This document shows positions 1-7,847 of a DNA stretch of 46,199 bases, piece after piece. Each line of letters opens with the position of its first letter. Position 1 is the first letter of the stretch. The notes under the pieces were generated by a model, which made no database searches, was not told the origin of the DNA, and saw nothing but the letters and a program-made list of their open reading frames with translations. The translations under genes and the position numbers were made by a program. The stretch lies in sequence record DRR723986_14227; one strand, written 5' to 3'.

Positions 1-33
1 CCAGATGTACCATAATGGGCGTGATACCGCCAA

Positions 34-717
34 TCAGCGTTCAGGTAAACGCACCCAACCTATTTCAATACTCCTCGCATTCCTTAGCTCGAGTAGCCGT
101 GGAATAACCTCTTCCGCTGATCGGTGATCGACCGATATCCCGAGGTGCTTCAGTGCAGTGAGCGACGCAAAGTGTTCTGCTATTTCTGGCGTGGGAACAG
201 GATCGCCATATATGTCGAACTCTTCCAGCCTGTCCAACTTGCTCAAGAATTGCCAGCTTTCGACAGGAAAGCCTCGAGACAGATGAAACTCTAAAAAGCG
301 TAGGTTCTTCGCATTGCCCAGGGGCAACAAAGCGTTTTTCCCGAATTTACATCCTTCGATTACGAGCCATTCTAAGGTTGGGATTTCGGCAATGTAGCTG
401 ACCAATTCACGGTTAACGGTTGTTTGCGAAATGTAAACTTGCCTGAGCTTCGGATGCAGATGCCATTTGGCCCATTCTTGTTTCTGACTCAAGACCAAAT
501 CGGGTGGACCCGAGTAGTGCACCGCGTGAACTTCATTTGTCCCCTGCCACCTGTCCACCCCGAACGCCCCCACAACGGTGTCACTGTTGGGGCGTCTAAC
601 GGGTTCAGATTCGTGCGAAAATTTCTCTGCCACCGGCGTGTTGCTCACCTGCTGGCCAGCCGCAGTCGTAGGAAAAGCCAGGAAGCAGGTGAGAATAGTT
701 GCTAGTTTAAAATTCAT
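34..717 (-). CDS. Secreted protein with leucine-rich-repeat-like C-terminal half
   Basis: 227-aa ORF with a hydrophobic signal peptide (MNFKLATILTCFLAFPTTAAG). Repeated LxxLxL segments (PKLRQVYI, PTLEWLVI, KNLRFLEF, DRLEEFDI, TALKHLGI) are typical of Planctomycete LRR proteins. Confidence 0.6.
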   Translation of the reverse strand: MNFKLATILTCFLAFPTTAAGQQVSNTPVAEKFSHESEPVRRPNSDTVVGAFGVDRWQGTNEVHAVHYSGPPDLVLSQKQEWAKWHLHPKLRQVYISQTTVNRELVSYIAEIPTLEWLVIEGCKFGKNALLPLGNAKNLRFLEFHLSRGFPVESWQFLSKLDRLEEFDIYGDPVPTPEIAEHFASLTALKHLGISVDHRSAEEVIPRLLELRNARSIEIGWVRLPER

Positions 718-723
718 CGTAGT

Positions 724-921
724 TCACTCACACTTACCGAAAAAATCCGGAAAACCTTGTACCATAGTCCACATTGTTCCGCCGGGTGTTACCTCTGTGA
801 CTTGCCTTCTCGCTCTGCATTCCCAGAGCCTGTAAATGTAGCAAGCACTTTCGCACTCACATCGATTTCCCGGCTGGACTTTTCGCAAACGCCGAGGCTC
901 TTCCTCAGCGCCGCCGATCAT
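724..921 (-). CDS. Short Cys-rich ORF, possibly a gene remnant
   Basis: 65 aa with 5 Cys. It stops 6 nt before the start of the LRR-like gene on the same strand. There is an in-frame TGA just upstream of the ATG and no clear RBS. Confidence 0.3.
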   Translation of the reverse strand: MIGGAEEEPRRLRKVQPGNRCECESACYIYRLWECRARRQVTEVTPGGTMWTMVQGFPDFFGKCE

Positions 922-1111
922 CGACCTTCACCGCATGACAGCACGATGGAGCGTGCCTGCTACTTTATGCAACCTTACTGTACGTGCACGTGAGTCACCT
1001 TAATGCCGTCTGATTGGAAACTACGACAGGCAAGAAGTCTGCGCTCCTGGGTAGCTGACTCGCTCCGTCATCCCGTAGACAGTTAGTGGGGAGCGTTGCG
1101 AACAAGTTCTG

Positions 1112-2191
1112 TCACGGGTGCGAAGGGGTGAGCTGTAAAATGCCGAGCTGCCAGGGTATGTTGCCGTAGCTTGAATTCTGATACTGGCGATCATCAGCAC
1201 CCTGAAACAGAAGCCGCGCGGTTGCAGTATCTATCTCGAGTCGCTCGTCAAAGCCGGTCCTCAAGAACTCCCCGTGGCTGTATGAAGTGGCCCACGACTC
1301 GCCCTGATTCAAAACATTGATCGGCGAAACGAACGGATTCTGCCGACTATCCGCAATCGGATGCCACTGCTTGTCGAGCCCTTCTGCTCGATAAGCCTTG
1401 AAGTAGCGGCGGCGACCGTTCTGCGCTTCAATGATGGTGATATAACTCTTCTTGCCAGCAACCTTGTATGTATGACTAGCCTCGAAAATATCCGCCTTCA
1501 ACGCCACAGTCGGCTTGCTCCAATGTCGGTCTGGAAAGTCATCTAACAAGGTGTCGCGCCGCCACATTCTTCCATCAAGACTTGTGTAGAACAAATGCGC
1601 ACGCTGGGAGTCACAGATCACCCAAAAGTCGAGCCCTACCTTCTCGCCATCGCCTACCTCGTACAACGCCCTAGGCAACGTCCAGCCAGCAACGTCGGTA
1701 ATATCGGTGTTGGTTGAATAGCAAGGACCATAGTCCAAGTCTCGCTTGGGATCCGTTGCTTGGTAGATGAGATACCACAATTTGTGAGGTCGAAAATAGA
1801 AGATCTGCGGCGCGCCGTGGTAGTCATCGGTCAGCCTGATTACGCTCCACGTAGCATCCTTTGCCTCTGACCAATCTGCGAAGTTCGCGTAGCCAATCGC
1901 TATCCTCCCCTGCCCTTCCTTCTTGCGTCGCAGAGTACAAAACAAATGCCAGCGTCCGTCGCTGCGAACGACACTTGGATCTTTGACAGCTATCCAAGGG
2001 TGTACTGGCGAGTCGGGCAACTTAGCGGTGTCTACCGAGAGAATCGGTTGACTCACCTTCCAACGAATTGGGGAAGAAAACTCCGTTTGCTCCTGCTCGG
2101 GATTCGTCTCGGACGCATTTCTTTGCGCAAGAAGAGTTCCGTAATCACTGACAAAACAAATCGTTGCCACAAGGCAAACTGTGAACTTCAT
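1112..2191 (-). CDS. Glycoside hydrolase family 62 alpha-L-arabinofuranosidase, secreted
   Basis: GH62 motifs KDPSVV, APQIFYF..HKLWYLIYQ, LDFWVICD, IFEASHTYK and SHGE, plus an N-terminal signal peptide. Confidence 0.88.
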   Translation of the reverse strand: MKFTVCLVATICFVSDYGTLLAQRNASETNPEQEQTEFSSPIRWKVSQPILSVDTAKLPDSPVHPWIAVKDPSVVRSDGRWHLFCTLRRKKEGQGRIAIGYANFADWSEAKDATWSVIRLTDDYHGAPQIFYFRPHKLWYLIYQATDPKRDLDYGPCYSTNTDITDVAGWTLPRALYEVGDGEKVGLDFWVICDSQRAHLFYTSLDGRMWRRDTLLDDFPDRHWSKPTVALKADIFEASHTYKVAGKKSYITIIEAQNGRRRYFKAYRAEGLDKQWHPIADSRQNPFVSPINVLNQGESWATSYSHGEFLRTGFDERLEIDTATARLLFQGADDRQYQNSSYGNIPWQLGILQLTPSHP

Positions 2192-2617
2192 GCTAGCATC
2201 CCGAGGAGACCCGATTCTTCGCGTATGTTCTTAATCTGTATGCCGAGCCGAGGCAGTTCGCCGCAAGGAATGCGAGAACAACGGACTCGTGACCTCGTCC
2301 CCTCCCAAACCGCGCAGTCTTTGGCTGTAACAGCTTGGATCACTAACTTGCCCTACTCTTCGTACTTTCGTTAGTTCGCGTGGCTACAACACGACCGACC
2401 AGGAACCCTGAACTTTGGACATCGCGTAAGCAGCTAGCCACAGAGAGACAAAGAAAAACAAAAACTGGCGAGGGTGTTTGTTGCGTACTGAAAATGCTCT
2501 AGCTCCTTGGTTGCCGATTTGAGACGATGCCCAGTGAATCTGCATGGATGAAAATGCTAGCATCCGTCCGCTGTACGCCCAACCGCGTGGACTTCAGTTT
2601 ACCACCTCTCGAGTTCT

Positions 2618-3595
2618 TTGATGGATCGCAAGGAAGACCTGCTTTCGGCCGCATCGCTAGTGCGATTCGTCAAGCAGTATGCGCAGAGTGTGGCAGGCAG
2701 CATCATTCTTGCGGGGAAGCGGTGGCAGATGGATGATGCTGGGAGCATGGCGGCGGCGGTCGCTTACTACCTGGCTTTATCCATATTCCCGATGTGGCTG
2801 CTGCTGACGTCCGGAATCGGGATGGTTCTGCGATTTACAAAGATGGGACAAGACGCCGAGGAACAAATTTTCCAGGTCATCGCAGAACACACCTCTCCAT
2901 CTCTTGAGGCTCAGATCCGGGGCCTCCTGATTCAGCTCGAAGACCAATCCACGGTCACAGGTCCGGTTGGTTTGTTGACCGCAGTGCTGGCTGCCATCGG
3001 AGTCTTTCACCAGTTTGAACGTGGCTTCGACAAAATCTGGCGGATCCCTGCGCCGCCTAGCCAAGGGTTACTCTCGTCGGCCATTCGAGTTCTCACTCAA
3101 CGTCTGGCCGCATTCTGCCTGCTCGGATGCTTGGGAACCACGATCATTGGCATCTTGGTGACTAACGTCGCGATCAGTGGATTGGAAACATGGATGAGTG
3201 AGAATAACGTTCCCGGTGTATCGCTAGTTATGTTGATCGATGGCACGGCAACAATAGCACTGAATGCGATCGCGTTCGGCCTGCTTTACAGATGGCTTCC
3301 TAAGCGACCGACGACCTGGTCCGATTCGCTAAGGGCGGGGTTATTGGTCGCGCTCATTTGGGAAGTTGGTCGCCAAATCTTAGGCGCCTTCCTAATCCGC
3401 ATGACGTACACAAGTGCATACGGTGCGGCGGGATCGTTGATCGCATTGTTGCTTTGGTTCTACTGGGGCGTCACGATCATCTTCTTCGGCGCCGAGTATG
3501 TCCAAGTGCTCTCTCGTCGGCATGCTCGACCGTATGCGATGTTCACCAAAGCGAATCGCAGCGAACGCAGCGGAGTGCGCCCTTCGCAGTCTTAG
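2618..3595 (+). CDS. YihY/virulence factor BrkB family inner-membrane protein
   Basis: Motifs MAAAVAYYLALSIFP, LLYRWLP and YGAAGSLIALLLWFY...IIFFGAE, with about 6 hydrophobic helices. The start may be the ATG at 2621. Confidence 0.88.
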   Translation: MMDRKEDLLSAASLVRFVKQYAQSVAGSIILAGKRWQMDDAGSMAAAVAYYLALSIFPMWLLLTSGIGMVLRFTKMGQDAEEQIFQVIAEHTSPSLEAQIRGLLIQLEDQSTVTGPVGLLTAVLAAIGVFHQFERGFDKIWRIPAPPSQGLLSSAIRVLTQRLAAFCLLGCLGTTIIGILVTNVAISGLETWMSENNVPGVSLVMLIDGTATIALNAIAFGLLYRWLPKRPTTWSDSLRAGLLVALIWEVGRQILGAFLIRMTYTSAYGAAGSLIALLLWFYWGVTIIFFGAEYVQVLSRRHARPYAMFTKANRSERSGVRPSQS

Positions 3596-3638
3596 ATTGC
3601 TCGAGCAGTGGCGTCAGACATCACTCAGAGTGTTATCA

Positions 3639-4763
3639 CTAGCTTGACTGCAGCAGTTCGTCGACGACGCGTTCTACGTCTTGATCGTAGCGAGCCCCTT
3701 TCCACTGGAGTTCACCCATTTGCCAGTGGCGGATGTATCCATCTTGGTCAATCACATAGACCGTTGGCCACATCGTATTGCCCCAGTTCTTCCAGTTGTC
3801 TTTCTTGAGGTCGACGATGATGGGAAAGTCTAGTCCTGTTTCCTTCGCCGCTTCGCGGACGGCTACCGGATCAGCTTCGCGTCGCGTTTCTGGAGACTGA
3901 ATGCCCACAACTCGAACTCCCTTGCTCCGCAGTTCGTCGTGCCATTTCTTGTAGATGTCGAAATTGGCGTGGCAGTTGTGACACTGGAAGGCGTAGAAAT
4001 GGACGAGCACAACGTTGCCGCGGAGTTCCTTGAGCGTTAGTGGTTCCGAGTTGATCCAGTGCTCGACGTCGGCAAACTCTGGAGCCATCGGGTAAATACG
4101 CTTCAGTGAACCGGTGTCGAACGGACTGCCAAGGACCGACTGCAGCTTTTGCATCTGCTCGGGCCGAACGTTCGCGGCCAAGTACTTATTTTCGGCCTGA
4201 AGGGCGTCGACTACCGCCTGCTGTTGCTCCTTCGTTGCTCCGGTGCTCGAGTACTGCCCCTTGGTGTATTCCAGTTTTGCTTTGTCCGTCGAGGTCGCGA
4301 GACTCGCCAGCTTTGACTTCTGCGATGAACTCACCCCGATTTGCTTTCCGATATCATCCCTGAGCAGCATTCGGACGCCCTGGCTGCGGAGTTCGATTTG
4401 CCACAACCGTCGCTGTGTTTCGGAGTCAAGATTCTGCTTCGCCCAAGCCCAAAGTTGCCCTTCCAACTTGCGGTGGATTGCGTGAGCATCAGAGGGCTTG
4501 AGGTTTCGTGACTGAAACCAGACAGGATCGATTTTGCTGAACAACATTTCAAGTGACTTGATCTTGGTCCCGGTGATCCCAAGCTCTTTTTGCACTTCTT
4601 CTGCGTGAACCAGTTTGAGAAGATTCCGCGGCACCAGTTCATCGTGATCGGTACTGTTGACTGGAGATGTCGCGCTTTGCCCAAGTGTCTTATTGACAGG
4701 GACGATTGCGACCGTTGCAACCAAAATTGCAACACAAATCGAAGGGAATGATCTCACAGACAT
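3639..4763 (-). CDS. Secreted redoxin/thioredoxin-like (TlpA/DipZ-type) protein with N-terminal helical repeats
   Basis: C-terminal WINSEPLTLKELRGNVVLVHF-x4-CHNC and WPTVYVIDQDGYIR. A signal peptide follows Met at 4763, which I preferred over the GTG at 4844. Confidence 0.8.
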   Translation of the reverse strand: MSVRSFPSICVAILVATVAIVPVNKTLGQSATSPVNSTDHDELVPRNLLKLVHAEEVQKELGITGTKIKSLEMLFSKIDPVWFQSRNLKPSDAHAIHRKLEGQLWAWAKQNLDSETQRRLWQIELRSQGVRMLLRDDIGKQIGVSSSQKSKLASLATSTDKAKLEYTKGQYSSTGATKEQQQAVVDALQAENKYLAANVRPEQMQKLQSVLGSPFDTGSLKRIYPMAPEFADVEHWINSEPLTLKELRGNVVLVHFYAFQCHNCHANFDIYKKWHDELRSKGVRVVGIQSPETRREADPVAVREAAKETGLDFPIIVDLKKDNWKNWGNTMWPTVYVIDQDGYIRHWQMGELQWKGARYDQDVERVVDELLQSS

Positions 4764-5123
4764 AGTTTTCCTGGGCCTCGTCGAAATGACTCGAATCGTG
4801 TTCTGACAGGTGTTTTCGAAGCTCTTTCGCTGCAAAGCAGCCACGGTTTTGACAGTAAATTTGCTGCGCTTACATCTACCGAATGAACATAGACGACCCG
4901 GCTGGCAGCATTCTTACGTCAACAATCTGAAATTCAATTGTGACGCAAATCATACGTGAAGCTGTGAGCTATTTCACGCTTCTGGAGCGAAATCGGCGGC
5001 CACGGCAGTGTCGTAGAGCCCTTTAAGTGCTCGATTGATTGCCCGTTTAAGGATCAGACTGGTAAACTGTTTGCTCTGGATCGATCTGTTCCAGAGTCTC
5101 CTCATCTCAAGTCGGAGTCTCCG

Positions 5124-6089
5124 ATGTCGACCGCAACTGTGAATCGTCGCGCCCGTCGAGCGTTTACGCTTGTCGAATTGCTGGTGGTGATCGCGATCAT
5201 CGCCATCTTAGTTGGTTTGTTGCTTCCGGCGATTCAGGCGGTCCGAGAAGCCGCTCGTCAGGTGCAGTGCCGAAACCATCTGAAGCAGCTTTCGCTTGCA
5301 GCGCTCAACTATGAATCGGCCCATCGCATGCTGCCGGGATATGCTGGGGAGAAACAGCCTGCTTTGGTTCACTTCCGCAACGAGAATCGCCGCGAAGAGA
5401 TGCGAGGCTGGAACTGGATCTCAAAAACGCTACCTTTCCTCGAACAGCAGACACTAGCCAATCACTGGGGACAATATGGTTCGCAGCCAAGACTATCCAT
5501 GACGCAGTCGGATTCTGAGCTACTTGCCACTTCATTGTCCGTCTTGCACTGTCCAACACGACGATCTGCTGAACCGCTACCCTTGATCGGCAGCTACTCG
5601 AGTCGATTTGGTTCACTGGCGGCGCGAACCGACTACGCGATGAGTGGAGGGGCTGCGTCGCGGTGGGAGGAAAGCACAAACGAGAGCGGAATCGTGGTCG
5701 ATCTTGCCGGCGCTTGGCAGTTAGGCCGCTCGACTCGCCTGCGAAGCTTCACAGATGGGCTCAGTAACACTTACTTGTTCGGCGAAAAAGCGATGGATTC
5801 CGACAAATACACTACTGGGACAGACTTCGGCGACCGAGCTCCAGCGACCGGTTGGGTTGACCACAACACCGGTGCAAATTCTTATGTCCGCTTTGCTGCT
5901 CGTCCACCAGCGGTCGATAAGAGAGACAACTGCCTATCGTGTCATGATTTCGGATCAGCTCACACGACGAACTGGAACGCCGCGCTGGCCGATGGTTCGG
6001 TGAAGAGTATTGCATACTCGATGCCCATCGATATTCACCGGGCGATGGCATCCATTGCTGGCGGCGAAGTGGGACAACTGCCAGAATGA
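5124..6089 (+). CDS. DUF1559 family prepilin-like protein (N-terminal cleavage/methylation motif, C-terminal H-X9-DG)
   Basis: [52 protein letters not shown] and [12 protein letters not shown]. Confidence 0.93.
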   Translation: MSTATVNRRARRAFTLVELLVVIAIIAILVGLLLPAIQAVREAARQVQCRNHLKQLSLAALNYESAHRMLPGYAGEKQPALVHFRNENRREEMRGWNWISKTLPFLEQQTLANHWGQYGSQPRLSMTQSDSELLATSLSVLHCPTRRSAEPLPLIGSYSSRFGSLAARTDYAMSGGAASRWEESTNESGIVVDLAGAWQLGRSTRLRSFTDGLSNTYLFGEKAMDSDKYTTGTDFGDRAPATGWVDHNTGANSYVRFAARPPAVDKRDNCLSCHDFGSAHTTNWNAALADGSVKSIAYSMPIDIHRAMASIAGGEVGQLPE

Positions 6090-6132
6090 GAATGAATCAG
6101 TCCGAAACCACCTAAGAAAGCGTAATGCCGCG

Positions 6133-6666
6133 ATGCCAGCACCACACCGCTTCAACGAGGCTTCTCGGCTTGGTCAGCCACACACGCTGGCCGCTTCGAT
6201 CCATGGAGAAACCAAACGCTGGTTGAGCTGGGACCCGGGCCGAGTCGCGACAGCAGCGGCACTTTCTTACCTGACCGCCCCACACGCTGGCCAAGCCTGG
6301 GAGCTGACGCTGGCTACAGAACTGAGTGAAACCTGCCAGCGGCCTGGCTTCAGCCTCGGGCAATGCTTGGCCGACGATATCTCGCTTTGCCTTTGGGTAC
6401 CTGAAGATCTAGGACAGCTCGCCGAAGTTGCGACAACCATCGACAATTGTCGAAGGCAGTCCCCCGGACGCCGACGAATCGTTTATCTGCCCAATTCTAC
6501 GGCCGACCAACGTCTACTGATGCTGGAGTCGGGTGCACAGATCATCGACAGCCAGCTACCATCTTTGCTGAGGTCCTTGGCTACTGCGATGACTGCGGCG
6601 GGTAACTCCGTTTGCGGCAACCATCGCTTTACCCGTGGCTTACTGGACCGCCTTCCCTGGCAGTAA
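6133..6666 (+). CDS. Hypothetical protein, possible pseudo-receiver (REC-like) fold
   Basis: Open frame filling the gap between the DUF1559 gene and mrp. It has an alternating beta/alpha pattern ending in RRIVY..QRLLMLESGAQII. The start is uncertain. Confidence 0.5.
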   Translation: MPAPHRFNEASRLGQPHTLAASIHGETKRWLSWDPGRVATAAALSYLTAPHAGQAWELTLATELSETCQRPGFSLGQCLADDISLCLWVPEDLGQLAEVATTIDNCRRQSPGRRRIVYLPNSTADQRLLMLESGAQIIDSQLPSLLRSLATAMTAAGNSVCGNHRFTRGLLDRLPWQ

Positions 6667-6740
6667 AATAGAGCATCGGAACCTTCCGCCAAAGTCGGCA
6701 TTTCTGATCGGTTCCTGCGCGATACCTGTTGAGAGCTTTC

Positions 6741-7811
6741 ATGGCTACTGTAACCGTTGAAGATATTCGTAGAGAAGTAGAGTCTGTCCGCGACCCAGAG
6801 ACTGGACGACCGATCGGAAAAACCAACCAAGTCGTCGACGTAGCGCTCGATGCTGGCGAAGTTACATGCAAGATCGGCCTGTGCAGCCACTCGGCACCTA
6901 TAAAGGACGAGTTCGAGCAGAGTGTGCTTGACCGAGTGCAGGCGCTGAGCTCGGAGCTGAAGTGCAAGATTGAAATCGTCGAGCATGATCGTCCACCAGT
7001 GCCACTGGGGCAAATCGGCTTGTTGGCAAAGAGTGTTATTGCCGTCGGCTCTGGGAAAGGCGGAGTTGGCAAGAGTACCGTCGCGACCAGCATTGCATTG
7101 TCACTTCAGAAAGCCGGTTGCAAAGTTGGATTGATGGACGCGGACGTTTACGGTCCCAGTGTGCCGCAGCTCCTCGGATTGAGCGGCCGTCCGGAGGTCA
7201 TTAACAACAAAATTCAGCCGATCTTCCATGGTGAAATGCCCGTCATGTCGATGGGTTTCTTGGTCGAACCAGACCAAGCGGTCATTTGGCGCGGTCCGAT
7301 GCTGCACGGATCCATCAGTCAGTTCTTGCGCGACACGTACTGGGGTCCACTCGACTACTTAATCATCGACATGCCTCCAGGGACTGGAGATGTCGCGCTG
7401 ACACTTTCTCAGTTGCTGCCTTTGACGGGCGCAGTTGTCGTTTGCACACCACAACAGGTTGCTCTGTTGGATGCAATCAAGGCAATTGCCATGTTCAAGA
7501 AGACCAAGATTCCGATTCTTGGCATGGTCGAAAATATGAGCGGCTTTATTTGCCCAGACAACGGCAAACGGTACGATATCTTTGGTAAAGGCGGCGCTCG
7601 AGAGAAGGCTGAAGAGCTTTCAGTGCCGTTCTTGGGTGAAGTTCCGATTAACATACAGATTCGCGAGGAGTCTGATGAAGGCAACATTGCCGCAGCTTTA
7701 GAAGACCCAATTAACGCTGCAGCCATGGATAAAATCGTTCGGGCTTTGGCGAGAGGTGTCGCCGACAAGGCTGCTGAGGCGCCCACCGGAGCTGCGCTTC
7801 CAGTACTCTAG
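6741..7811 (+). CDS. apbC: Mrp/NBP35 family Fe-S cluster carrier ATPase (ApbC)
   Basis: N-terminal DUF59-like domain (VRDPETG), deviant Walker A GKGGVGKST, DADVYGPS, WRGPM, DMPPGTGD and VENMS. Confidence 0.93.
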   Translation: MATVTVEDIRREVESVRDPETGRPIGKTNQVVDVALDAGEVTCKIGLCSHSAPIKDEFEQSVLDRVQALSSELKCKIEIVEHDRPPVPLGQIGLLAKSVIAVGSGKGGVGKSTVATSIALSLQKAGCKVGLMDADVYGPSVPQLLGLSGRPEVINNKIQPIFHGEMPVMSMGFLVEPDQAVIWRGPMLHGSISQFLRDTYWGPLDYLIIDMPPGTGDVALTLSQLLPLTGAVVVCTPQQVALLDAIKAIAMFKKTKIPILGMVENMSGFICPDNGKRYDIFGKGGAREKAEELSVPFLGEVPINIQIREESDEGNIAAALEDPINAAAMDKIVRALARGVADKAAEAPTGAALPVL

Positions 7812-7847
7812 CAGCCAACTACTGCGACAACATTTTATTATCGAGTC

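Noticed and set aside
4920-4975. c-di-GMP-I riboswitch upstream of the DUF1559 gene (GACGCAAA seen)
   Set aside because: It lacks the GGCAAA/GNRA P2 stem and the P3 pairing. Only a short word matches.
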